NCBI RefSeq assembly: GCF_001194135.2
Contig: NC_068981.1
Coordinates: forward strand, 41,358,238-41,422,237
Reading direction: 5' to 3'
DNA: 64,000 nucleotides
From: Octopus bimaculoides
Taxonomy: Eukaryota
The position numbers were made by a program, and so were the translations under genes. The notes below the pieces were generated by a model. It did no database searches. It had not been told where the DNA came from and worked only from the letters and a program-made list of their open reading frames with translations. Positions 23,560 through 35,770 of this stretch are shown here, in pieces (the stretch's first letter is position 1; each line of letters starts with the position of its first letter).

Positions 23560-24285
23560 GTGTCTATCCACAAACTCTCCTCACATTGTTCCTTACCCTT
23601 CTCCCAGCCTCTTTAATCTCTCTCACCATCACTTACTACAGTCATTTCTTCCCCCCATCTCTAAACATTTCTCCTCACATTCTTATGAAATATTCCCCTC
23701 TATCTCCTCTGTACTATTTATGCCCCCCTCCCACCACCACTGTTCACTGTGGGTAGACCCCAATACATCTCCAACACCATACATTTCTCTCTGTATCTTT
23801 CTCATTTTGACTGTCTTTTTATCTTTCCCTCTAACCCTCTCCCACCTTCTTTGTCCTACAGGTTGGTCAAATATCTCCTCTATAATAAAACAACTATCCC
23901 TGTCCCTCTATCATGCTCTAACCTCTCACCTACTACACAGCCATTTCCCTTGGTTCTACTCCCTCTCTCAACTAAGAGGTCATTGTCTTGCAAGTTATTT
24001 GACGACCCTGTTGGGGCTGGTGCCATGTACAAAGCACCTGTACCAGTGCCACTTAAAAAGCACCTGTGTCAGTGATATGTAAAAAGCACCTGTGCTGGTA
24101 CCACATGAAAAGCATCCAATACACTCTGTAAAGTGATTGGCATTAAGAAGAGCATCCAGCAGTAGAACCCTTGGCAAAATAGACAAATGGAGCCTGGTGT
24201 AGCTTTCTGGCCTATCAGCTTTTGTCAAACTAACCAACTCATGCCAGCATGGAAAATGGATGTTGAATGATAATAATAATAATGT
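23560..24285 (+). mobile_element. Non-autonomous retroposon: pyrimidine-rich body plus RTE-type tail
   Basis: The body is homologous to the reverse complement of 54830-55140 (e.g. agagagaaat(g/a)tatggtgt...gatgtattgggg). Both copies carry the RTE 3'UTR. Confidence 0.65.
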
Positions 24286-25077
24286 GTAAAGGATAAAGAT
24301 TAGGAAAGAATTAGAGCAAATCAGATTTAAGATAAAACCATGTCTTTTGTTGTTTATTGTTTTTATTTTTTCTAGTGATTATATTGTTGAGCAATATATA
24401 CAATAATGTTTATGAAAACAATATAGACCATACTGTCATGTGCTCTTCAGAATAACTAAACAAATATATCTTGATCTTATTTTTCTACAACAAATATTTG
24501 ATAGAATATTGCACATAATGTAGTAAGGCTGAAGAGATAATTCTGTATTATCAAGGAACTCAGCACTTGCAACTTTCAATTGAAAGCATTTCTATGTTGG
24601 CTTTTTTACTCAGACACATGGCCAAATATTGTATAGAAGTAGCTGTAGCAAACTGAGTCAATTTCAGTATATTACTGGTACTTGTGTAATTGGCTCCAAA
24701 GAAATTGAAGTGCACTCTGAATGTAGTAGGAGCTGAAATTTAGTCCAGAGTTGTGCTGTTTCTATCATCTCACTGCTGTTTCTATATGAAGAATATTAAC
24801 CCTTCCATTACTGCACTTCTATTGAAATACACAACTTTTGTTTTAATTAATTTTCAAAATAACAAAGAATTTAGTAAAATAAATCTGCTGTTATTAAGCT
24901 GTTGTTTTCAGCATAAACTAGCAGGAAATTTAAGGGAAAATTTAAATTTAGATCACTTTAAAACAGAGTGGTTGTATCATGGAACCACGGGCAATTTTGG
25001 GTGGGTTGGTATCAAAAGGTTAATTACTGAACAGAATATTTTGTACCTTTCATTTATCAATTAAGTCAAATACACAC

Positions 25078-25164
25078 CTCTTCATCATGTCCAAATGCAA
25101 TGAAGAAAGATCTCTTGGGTTTAAAACCTGATTTTAGAGCATGTTCCAAAGCCTCCATGATACC
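25078..25164 (-). CDS. PM20D1: PM20D1-like exon 3 (87 nt)
   Basis: ttccag|...|gtgtgt, phase 0/0. Encodes GIMEALEHALKSGFKPKRSFFIAFGHDEE (GHDEE catalytic/metal motif). Confidence 0.95.
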
Positions 25165-25184
25165 CTGGAAAACACAAAAAAATT

Positions 25185-25360
25185 ATATGTATGTACCAAG
25201 CTGCCCTACCATGTCTTTACAAATATTTTGTTGTATCAGTCTGCATCTAGAGACAATGTGGTCAATTGTCTCTGGATGCTCTCTGCATATGCAACACAAT
25301 GGGCTGCTTTCATGTTTCAGGACATTACTCTGGTAATTCCTAGATGAAATAAGAAAGATA
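25185..25360 (-). mobile_element. RLE-clade (R4/Dong/NeSL-like) LINE zinc-knuckle fragment
   Basis: SPLCCICREHPETIDHIVSRC (CCHC), followed by VGQLGTYIH. Confidence 0.7.
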
Positions 25361-25607
25361 GCTTGTGTTATCAAATAGTAACAGCAATAACAAGAAATAC
25401 AATTCTGATTTTGAAATAAAAGTATTTACAAATATATGGCTGGGCACTGGAATGGCTGTGTGGTCAAGAAGTTTGCTTTCTCTAACCACATGTCTTGACT
25501 TCATCCCACTGAGTAGCATCTTGAACAAATATTTTCTGCTAGAATTTCAAAATGACCAAAGCCTTGTGAGTAGGTCTGGGAGACTGAACCTGAAACAAGT
25601 TCGTGGT

Positions 25608-25650
<43 letters not shown>

Positions 25651-27870
25651 CGTGTATGTGTGTGTTTGTTTTGTATCTCTCTGCCATGACATCACACAAT
25701 AGCTGTAAACAAGTGTTGCCATCATATAAGTGGTTCTTTCATTTCCAATCTTCCATAAATACATGTCTACCTAAAAGGAAATATTAGTTTGTTTAGAAAT
25801 AGGTATGGGTTGGCAGTAGGAAGGACATCCAGGCCATAGAAAATCTGCCTCAAAAAATCATTTCTGATCTAATCAGGCATGGAAAAGTGGACATGATGAT
25901 GATGATGATATTGATGACGACGGCGGCAACAACAATGACATTGACAATGATGATGATGATGATGACAACGATGTCTGACAATGCAAATAATTACTATCAT
26001 AATAGCTAATCAAGTAGTGTCAAAATTATGTGAGACAAGAAACAATAGCTAAGTACAATGCTACTATCATTGCCTTCAGGTAATATTAATATGTATAGAG
26101 AAAAATAACCCAGTTAGTCAGACTTGTTTCTCTTGACTGTATGTATGCATGTGTGTGTGTGTGTGCACATGCACTCCTCTGTGTGTGGACGGGGAGGTGC
26201 ATATGTGTGTGTGTGGGTGAGTGGGTGTTTGTATCTCTTTGTCACGACATCACATAATAGCTGTAAACAAGTGCTCTCTTGATTTTGATTTTGAACTGGA
26301 GGATTACTTGAAAAAAACTCCTTAGATGATGTTGTTCTTCCTTTTTAGATAACAATCATCTCCAGAAGAATTTGTTAATCAAAACAGTTAAGCGTTTATT
26401 TAGTTTAAGTTTATTGATTATTCTCTGTTCAAATCGCTACTGTGTTTTTGACAACCCTTTTCAATCTTAAAATACTAACATTTGTTTTATTAATCTGGCA
26501 GAAATGAAAGAATAATTGACATTAGACATGTTAAGTAAGATATACAAATCACTACATTGAACGGTTTTTCTATATCAGTAGAGGTAAAATTTGACTAAGC
26601 ATGTAGTTGATAGTGGAGACTTGTTACCAAATATGCAGAAATCCAGGGATCTAGCTACCTCACCACTTCTGCTGGATGCTTTTTTTCCTCTACTGATACT
26701 TCTGTGCTTTTTAGCAGAGTCTATATGAGATGCCTTCTGAAAATGAACAATACAGTATTGTGGATTTCTACCGTTACTATTATATCTATGTTAAGTAAAA
26801 TATACAGATCTTTACTCTGAACAAATATTGTTTTTGTCTCTAATAAAAAACATAGTTACATAATTATTTACCAAACTGGTTAAGATACAAAGCAATCATA
26901 GTGTTCTACCATTACAACATCACTAATTAGTATTAATCTATTGAAGTTGCAAGTCAGTCCTTACAGTTTTATAATTAGATAATGATGGTTAAATGATTAA
27001 GGTACTGATCTATGCATTCCAATCATTAAATATCACAATACCTTCAAAGTACTAAAATTACAATTTGAGGCCATTATATAGCATCTCTTTTAGTTCAAAA
27101 TGAGGTGTACTTTGAGAGATTTGGTGACAATTTCTTCCAATTGAGCAACAACATGAGTCCCCTCATTGGATCATTAGCATTTTATTGTGCTCTAAGTAGT
27201 TAGTTTAATAATAGGTGTTACTATCTCAATGAAAAATACCATTATACTTACTTCATGACTGAATGCTATAAGAAATAACACCTATATACAACAAGCTGCT
27301 TTAATAACTCTAGCATTAGCATTATCAATAACAACTGTTTCACTATGCTAGCAAGTGTTGGTTGGAGCTGCATTCTTTCATTTGTAATGCTAAATTTTAT
27401 TGATATGGATATAAGTTAATATTTATATATATCCAACCGACTCTCTTAATCAAATTTTTCTCCAGTTACTGCTGATTCCCCATATTTACAGCCCACAACT
27501 CAGAAAAGATTATCACTCTTCCCTTTATATGCTATTCTTTGGCCATAGAAATGTGCTGCTTACAATTATATGCCATAAAGTTCTTCTTCCAATACCACTT
27601 ATATAACAATATATTTACTTCTTTCAACAATTTATTTGAGCAGTTAAGGACTAGACATTTATTTTTTATCTATTTATTTTTTGGGGTTTTGGCTTTAAGG
27701 AAAGGCTTTACCCATGGCTTTTGCAACCTTTCCGAGGCTGGTGAGTTTCATATGGTTAACATTCCACTCGAACAGTTACAAGTTGACTGCAGCAAGGAAA
27801 ACATGTGCAAAGAGGAAAATAATCAATAAAATCATAATTATACAAAACTACAATATTTGTCAATACATAC

Positions 27871-28103
27871 TATAACACTACATTTTACATCCAAAGTACC
27901 TCTACCATAAATGTAACCCTGGTAGAGTTTAGCTGCAAAAGGATCGAATTTCCAGTTTTCTTCTGTAACAGGAACTACATCTAAATGTGATGTTAACAAA
28001 TAGGGTAAGAGTTTTTTATCACTTCCTTCAACAGTATACAGCATGCTGTAATTAGCTACAACTTCATATTTCACAAAAGGTGACTTGTGGACAGTTGGAT
28101 AGG
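27871..28103 (-). CDS. PM20D1: PM20D1-like exon 2 (233 nt)
   Basis: Acceptor tttcag|, donor |gtatgt. Encodes YPTVHKSPFVKYEVVANYSMLY...LLTSHLDVVPV...W...PF...YIYGRGTLDVK, containing the M20 SHxDVV and GRGxxDxK metal motifs. Confidence 0.96.
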
Positions 28104-28239
28104 CTGAAATATATAAACAAAAATGAATAACCAAATAATGCTTGACCAGCTAGAAATTTCTCTTAAAACCACATCCAATCATCTCAAAAGAAAAAAATAA
28201 TAATAATGATAATAATAATGAGAGAGTATTGAAAGCAGA

Positions 28240-29020
28240 GAAAAATGGGGGAAACAAAGGAAGAAGTACAAAAAGGACATGAAGAAGCATTATGCAGCAA
28301 AGGACTACACAATCAATTCTACATATCCACAACTGAAGTTACTGGAAAATATAAGTGGGATTGGCTGAAAAAGGGAACACTGAGAGCACTATACTGGCAG
28401 CATAAGACCAAGCACTTGCCACAGATTGGAGATTCAACCTTAGGAATGAGCAAGTGTCTCCACTGTGCTGCATCTCTAATACAGTGGACAAAACCATTGC
28501 CCATATCGTGAATGAATGCCCTAGACTTGCCCAAAACCACTACAAGTTGTGGCAATATGATGAGGTAGTGAGATTGCTATATTGGAAACTGTGCAAAAAG
28601 TGGGGGCTAGAGAGAAGCAAGACATGGCATGAGCACTAATTACAGAGAGTGGCAGAGTTGGAGACCGGCAAAATCCTCTGGGATTTCCCAATCCAAACAG
28701 ATCAGGTCCTAGAGCATAACAGACAGGACCTAGTGGTGGATAAGATGCACCACATGTACAATATAGCTGATGTTGCATGCCTCTTTGACTCACAAATAGT
28801 TGAAAAGGAAGGCGAAAAAATAGATAAATACAACCCTCTTAAGTACAAAATAGCTAGCTATGGTATATGAAGAAGGAAAAGATAGTGCCGATTATTGTTG
28901 GTTCCTTGAAGACAGTATCAGTAGTCATCAAGAGGAATATAAAGGAAATTGGAATAGAGTGCTTAGTAGAGCTGTTACAAAAGGTTTGCCTCCTTGGCAT
29001 GGCCAGAATAATCAGGAAAG
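28240..29020 (+). mobile_element. Old RLE-clade (R4/Dong-like) LINE 3' fragment
   Basis: WDWLKKGTL, CC..DKTIAHIVNEC (CCHC), LYWKLCKKWG, KILWDFPIQTD..LEHNRQDLVV, EKIDKY. Confidence 0.8.
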
Positions 29021-29158
29021 TATTAGATAGTTGAAAAAAATAGATAGCATGATACTGTAGGCTGCTGGCAGCAAGCCTGCTGTGCCTGTAAGGTTCCAGG
29101 AATTATAGCAAATCCTGAGATAATGATAATAACAATAATAATAATGATAATAATAATA

Positions 29159-29510
29159 CAAAGACCTGGAAATAGAGGTAACTCGAATGTGGAACTTTCA
29201 AAATACAAAGACCTGGAAATAGAGGTAACTCGAATGTGGAATCTAAAAACAGAAACAATTCCTATTATAGTAGGTGCCTTAGGTATAATAAAAAAATATT
29301 CAGACAAATACATAACAAAAACACCAGGACTTACAAATATATATAACATACAGAAAATTGCACTACTGGGCACTGCACACATCCTACGCAAAACACTTTC
29401 AATACAGTAACCATAAGAGCACCACAGCAAACCACAGCACATACCCAAGGCGCACAGAGCTGCGCTCGGTAGTGAAGTGAAAGCACGTTATAAAAATAAG
29501 ACTACTGAAC
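29159..29510 (+). mobile_element. Young 5'-truncated R4/Dong-like LINE 3' end inside an (AAT)n microsatellite
   Basis: Intact KYKDLEIEVTRMWNLKTETIPIIVGALG...KIALLGTAHILRKTLSIQ* plus 3'UTR, with (AAT)n on both sides. Confidence 0.88.
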
Positions 29511-29556
<46 letters not shown>

Positions 29557-29574
29557 GCTAAGAAGGAATATATT

Positions 29575-29745
29575 CACAGACATGACAGAGCTGGGACTTA
29601 CATACACTGGAAGCTATGCCAACACTATGGAATAACAACAGAAAAAAGATAGTATAGGCACATGCCAGAAAAGTCACAGAAAACGAGAAAGCAACCATAC
29701 TCTGGGATATGTTACTACAAACAGATAGAGAAATTAAGGCAAATT
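29575..29745 (+). mobile_element. Additional R4/Dong-like fragment
   Basis: HRHDRAGTYIHWKLCQHYGITTEK..HMPEK..ENEKATILWDM...TDREIKAN. Confidence 0.75.
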
Positions 29746-30739
29746 CAATGTTCTGGACTGTGTGCACCACAGAAACCCACTTTTCACTTGCATAGAGAAC
29801 AACAATTGATTCTTTTTCTTTCAAAATTAATTATTACATTGCCTTCTTGTAATGATGCTGCTTCTCCTTAACAATCCCACACTTTGAAAAATGTCCTTAT
29901 GTTCACTTCACCCTCAATCCCCACCCATTATATGTGTGTGAACACACACACACACAATCTGTCCACTACTTGCATATCTATGCTTTGTTTACACCACCCT
30001 TAGAGTAACAAACTATATCTTTTTACTGTCCAAAATCTACAATGCACTCACACACACTCCCCAACATACACATACACTCCTCCTCACACATTAGCATGCT
30101 CCCTTACTACAGAAGACCTTGCTTGTCTACCCTTGCTATCACTCTTTGGCTGTAAAAGATTATTCTAAATACTTCAGCTCCACCAACTTTGGTTACCTCA
30201 CTCCCTATGCATATTTTGAAATAACAACACTGGTTTCCACAGAACTTTATCTTTCTTTTCTTCCTTTTTTTGTCTTCTGTTCTTGAGGGACCACTATTCA
30301 AAACATCTTTATGTTCCTTACAGCACAATTGTATACTTTGTGTTCTTGGTCATTGCTTTGTTGTTGATTTTATTATTCTCAGAGTTTGGAGATATTCTAA
30401 AACTTAAAATAAATTCATAAATTCATGTATTAAACTACTGATTATTATAAGGTTCTCTTGTTTTTAAAATGACAAACCTTCACTTTTTTTTCACAGAATC
30501 TTACAGATAGTCATATTTTTAGCTGATCTGTCAGAAATTTCTGGTACATGTTCGACATCATTGTTCCCATGTTCAAGATTGCCATAAAACCAAAATATTT
30601 GTTTCTGACTATCTGGCTTCTGTTATAATCAAAGGAATCCTCATTTTGCTTCTAATTTTCTTTGTTAGATGCTTGTTTATCTATTCTGCTAATTTTATTG
30701 AAAAAGTATGTGCTGTTCATTCTGTATTATTTTCTTTGC

Positions 30740-31121
30740 GGTGGAGGCGCAATGGCCTAGTGGTTAGGGCAGCGGACTCGCGGTCATAGGATCGCAGTTT
30801 CGATTCTCGGACCGGGCATTGTGAGTGTTTATTGAGCAAAAACACCTAAAGCTCCACGTGGCTCCGGCAAGGGATGATGGCGAATCTTGCTGTACTCTTC
30901 CACCACAACTTTCTCTCACTCTTACTTCCTGTTTCTGTTGTGCCTGTAATTCAAAGGGTCAGCCTTGTCACACTGTGTCACGCTGAATCTCCCTGAGAGC
31001 TACGCTAAGGGTACACGTGTCTGTGGAGTGCTCAGCCACTTGTACGTTAATTTCATGAGCAGGCTGTTCTGTTGATCAAATCAACTGGAACCCTTGATGT
31101 CGTAAGCGACGGAGTACCAAC
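30740..31121 (+). mobile_element. Full-length tRNA-derived SINE (382 bp) with an 11-bp target-site duplication
   Basis: A-box TGGCCTAGTGG, B-box-like GTTTCGATTC. ATTTTCTTTGC at 30729-30739 and 31122-31132. Confidence 0.88.
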
Positions 31122-31685
31122 ATTTTCTTTGCAGCAAGTCTCTCATAATCATTTTTATTGCTTTTAGAAATAATTTTACCTATGAATTTCTTGGTGGTAG
31201 GTGGGGTTAAAAGGTGTTGGTAATATTGAAAATATATTCACTGTAGGGGTTCATCACATTTCCACAAACCTGATCTCTGTATATATGTTGGATATGCATG
31301 AGTATATTTTATTATGAGTAGGGAGTCAAACAAATTAAAAAAGATACATTTAGAGAAAAGAAACAATCAGTTAATTTCTTTAAAACAATCCATTGTTGCC
31401 AGAAGAATAAGATGATGTGAAACATTAAAAAGGAATTGCTTAGATTACTTCAATCCAAAAAATTTTCTTTACAATTAATGAAACTACTTTACAAGAGAAT
31501 GACATGTTTCTCAGGATTCAAGTGTGACTCAATTGTTACCTGTCACTACACTGCCAATGAAAATATTTGTTTAATCTTGCACATACCTTCATAAATTGTT
31601 TCAAGTGAAAGTCTTTTTTTAAAGTCTGTGATGCGTTGTCTATACTTTGAAAGACACACAGACACATACATAGCTCCTCAAAAAA

Positions 31686-31716
<31 letters not shown>

Positions 31717-32466
31717 GAGTCTTTTTTTAAGTCTGTGTAGCATCGTACTGACAGACTTGCACTTAAAATTCCTGCTTTTTCATTAAACTTGTAAGTTACT
31801 ATGGTAACAACATTATCTATCTATCTATCTATCTATCACACACACACACACACTCTCTCTCTCTGTTACTATATATCTCTTAACAACAACTTTTTCTCCT
31901 CCTCTTTTTCCCTCTTTCTAATGGATGCTGTGACGGACAGACAGACAGATCAGCTTCTCTTTTATAGTATAAGATTCTATAATATAAAACAAATCACATC
32001 CTCCTAACTTAGAAAAAGACATATTAGGGAAATGTGATCTTGGGTTCCCTGTGTATAGGGGAAATACAGGATGACCATGGTTTTAATGCCTTTTATTACA
32101 TGTTTGCACTATCAAGGTTAATCTGGGAATAAACACTCATTATGAATCTGAGCCAATGAGTGTCAATCTCTTGTCATAGGTTTGAAATATAAATTAAATA
32201 TCCTTCAAATCACACGGTGCTATCTAAACAAAAAAATAATGAGCTTTCTGTATATAGTATTCAGGTTCACTACAATTTGTTAAAAAAGGGTAGAGGGGAC
32301 AGTAGTGATACATAATCTTAGATCAAAAGTTCTCAAACTTTTTAGGTCACTGCCCCCCTCATGGTAACATAATACCCGCAGCACCCCCACACATATTTTT
32401 ATGTATAAATGAATATTTTAATAATTTATATATATTATGAATCATTTGATATTTAACATAATATTC

Positions 32467-32857
32467 AACCACATGGTTCCGGGTTCAGTCCCACTGTGTG
32501 GCACCTTGGGCAAGTGTCTTCCACTATAGCCTCGGGCCTTGTGAGTGAATTTGGTAGACGGAAACTGAAAGAAGCCCATCGTATATATNNNNNNNNNNNN
32601 NNNNNNNNNNNNNNNNNNNNNNNNNNNNNNNNNNNNNNNNNNNNNNNNNNNNNNNNNNNNNNNNNNNNNNNNNNNNNNNNNNNNNNNNNNNNNNNNNNNN
32701 NNNNNNNNNNNNNNNNNNNNNNNNNNNNNNNNNNNNNNNNNNNNNNNNNNNNNNNNNNNNNNNNNNNNNNNNNNNNNNNNNNNNNNNNNNNNNNNNNNNN
32801 NNNNNNNNNNNNNNNNNNNNNNNNNNNNNNNNNNNNNNNNNNNNNNNNNNNNNNNNN

Positions 32858-32902
<45 letters not shown>

Positions 32903-33110
32903 GTTTGTGTGTCTGTGTTTGTCCCCACAACATCACTTGACAACTGATGCTGGTGTGTTTACATCTTCGTAATCTAGCGGTTCGGCAAAAGAGACCGATA
33001 GAATAAGTACTAGGCTTACAAAGAATAAGTCCTGGGGTTGACTTGCTCGACTAAAGGCGGTGCTCCAGCATGGCCGCAGTCAAATGACTGAAACAAGAGT
33101 AAAAAAAAAA
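32467..33110 (+). mobile_element. Composite SINE: tRNA/CORE-like head, (TA)n(TG)n, tail type A (gap inside)
   Basis: gggttcagtccc..caccttgggcaagtgtcttc head and ...gtcaaatgactgaaac tail. Related copies at about 46915-47300, 53665-54055 and 14360-14700 (-). Confidence 0.8.
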
Positions 33111-33380
33111 GATACTATAATAATATTATAATAAATTCGTAGCATCCCCCAATCCACTGCCAAAAAAAGAAACCTTCATTACATATTCTTACTTGATAAA
33201 ATAATGCACAAATTTACAACGCATAATGAAGAAGACAGCAGTGTAGTGGCATGTGTGTTTTTTAAAGGTTTTAATTACATCAGAAGGAGAAAGTTTTGGG
33301 CTTAACAAAGCGACTTTGTTAGGTGTCTGAATCATCGACTCACCTGATCAGCAACATAATAATTTTATTTGTCATAAATT

Positions 33381-34870
33381 CATCATCATCGTTTAACGTC
33401 CGCTTTCCATGCTAGCATGGGTTGGACGATTTGACTGAGGACTGGTGAAACCGGATGGCAACACCAGGCTCCAATCTGATTTGGCAGAGTTTCTACAGCT
33501 GGATGCCCTTCCTAACGCCAACCACTCAGAGAATGTAGTGGGTGCTTTTACGTGTCACCCACACAAAGGCCAGTCAGGCGGTACTGGCAGCGGCCATGCT
33601 CAGAATGGTGTATTTTATGTGTCACCCGCACAAGAGCCNNNNNNNNNNNNNNNNNNNNNNNNNNNNNNNNNNNNNNNNNNNNNNNNNNNNNNNNNNNNNN
33701 NNNNNNNNNNNNNNNNNNNNNNNNNNNNNNNNNNNNNNNNNNNNNNNNNNNNNNNNNNNNNNNNNNNNNNNNNNNNNNNNNNNNNNNNNNNNNNNNNNNN
33801 NNNNNNNNNNNNNNNNNNNNNNNNNNNNNNNNNNNNNNNNNNNNNNNNNNNNNNNNNNNNNNNNNNNNNNNNNNNNNNNNNNNNNNNNNNNNNNNNNNNN
33901 NNNNNNNNNNNNNNNNNNNNNNNNNNNNNNNNNNNNNNNNNNNNNNNNNNNNNNNNNNNNNNNNNNNNNNNNNNNNNNNNNNNNNNNNNNNNNNNNNNNN
34001 NNNNNNNNNNNNNNNNNNNNNNNNNNNNNNNNNNNNNNNNNNNNNNNNNNNNNNNNNNNNNNNNNNNNNNNNNNNNNNNNNNNNNNNNNNNNNNNNNNNN
34101 NNNNNNNNNNNNNNNNNNNNNNNNNNNNNNNNNNNNNNNNNNNNNNNNNNNNNNNNNNNNNNNNNNNNNNNNNNNNNNNNNNNNNNNNNNNNNNNNNNNN
34201 NNNNNNNNNNNNNNNNNNNNNNNNNNNNNNNNNNNNNNNNNNNNNNNNNNNNNNNNNNNNNNNNNNNNNNNNNNNNNNNNNNNNNNNNNNNNNNNNNNNN
34301 NNNNNNNNNNNNNNNNNNNNNNNNNNNNNNNNNNNNNNNNNNNNNNNNNNNNNNNNNNNNNNNNNNNNNNNNNNNNNNNNNNNNNNNNNNNNNNNNNNNN
34401 NNNNNNNNNNNNNNNNNNNNNNNNNNNNNNNNNNNNNNNNNNNNNNNNNNNNNNNNNNNNNNNNNNNNNNNNNNNNNNNNNNNNNNNNNNNNNNNNNNNN
34501 NNNNNNNNNNNNNNNNNNNNNNCTCTGAGTGAGAGTCCCTTTGTCACCAGCAGGGGTAAGAGCTCTCTGAACTTTGCCCAGGCTATTCTTATTCTAGCAG
34601 CTACACTTTCAGTGCACCCTCCCCCACTACTAACTTGGTCACCCAGATAGCGGAAGCTATCAACTACCTCTAGTTTTTCTTCCTGGAAAGAAACAGAAGT
34701 TGTTTCCTGTTTGTTTACAGTGTTTATTGCACCTGAACATCTGCCACATACAAAAACTAACTTCCTAGTTAACCTGCCTTTGATATTGCTGCACCTCTTA
34801 TGTGTCCATAGCTTGCACTGGGTACATCTTATAGAGTTACTACCTACTCCTTTTCTATATATATATACAA
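33381..34870 (-). mobile_element. Young 5'-truncated RTE LINE (gap inside) with a Cys/His finger in the RT region
   Basis: RKGVGSNSIRCTQCKLWTHKRCS...CGRC...EVVDSFRYLGD...GGGC..SVAARIRIAWAKFRELLPLL. 3'UTR and (GAT)n tail at 33381-33638. Confidence 0.88.
33639..34522. other. Assembly gap (largest of six; others 22779-22830, 32589-32857, 36055-36160, 37303-37566, 38862-39345)
   Basis: Runs of N. Confidence 1.
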
Positions 34871-34944
34871 ATAACAAGCATTGGAAGTGTAACAGATATC
34901 GCTAAGTGTGTCAAAGAAAGGTGTTTTGGTGTAAGCAGAGAATA

Positions 34945-35770
34945 TAACTTACAGTGAATTAATTGAATTTTCAGAGAAAAAATAAACCTTTTCTTTAGGA
35001 ACGTTTCTCAGTTTCTCTTCTCTATCCCAAATCATTATATCAGGTTTGTAGTACTTAAATTTTATTGAGGTCTTCACTGGTATATTCCACCAGTATTCCT
35101 TATTATTATGAATAGCTATGGCTTCTACCATATTTTGGGTTCTTATTTCTTTGTCCTTAGGATTATCCTTCCAACAGATTTCATTATAGAGTGTCCTAGC
35201 TATAATGTCATGTCTCATTGGTAGATAATACCGTGATGACATTTTCGGACAACTGCTTATGATGTGGGTGATATCTTCAGTGTGAACTCCTCAAAGTCTG
35301 CATTGGTTGTCACACTTTATGGCTTTTCCTGCATCTCTATTCCTTTTGTGCATCAGGTACTTGGTTAATATTTCTTGTTCCTAGATTGCAAACGCATACC
35401 CTTCAAATTGGGAGGTAATAATCCGGCTATTCGTCCATGATAAACTGCTTTGATGATCAATGTGACTATCATCACGGAGCTTTCTAGTAACATATCCAAG
35501 TAAAGTCATCTGCTCATATAGGCTTTCATCTGATGATACATTGCGACAGAGTCATGCAACTTCTTTGGGCATGTATTCTTGGTTTATCAGACAAAAAGTG
35601 TTGCTCAAGGAGCTGCCTTCCAAGTCTTATGATGTTATCAGCCTCATGCATGCAAACTTGGTCAAGGGATGCACTTCGACACTTGGTGGTTAAATGATGT
35701 TGCCGAAGGGATATGATGTAACACTTAAAGGCATTTTGAATCAATGTTAAGCCTCTTTCACCTTGTTTTC
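34945..35770 (-). mobile_element. RLE-clade non-LTR retrotransposon relic
   Basis: TSQFEGYAFAI.EQEI.TKYL, MSSRYYLPMRHDIIART, YWWNIPVKT...KPDIMIWD (restriction-like endonuclease PD motif). Confidence 0.78.
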
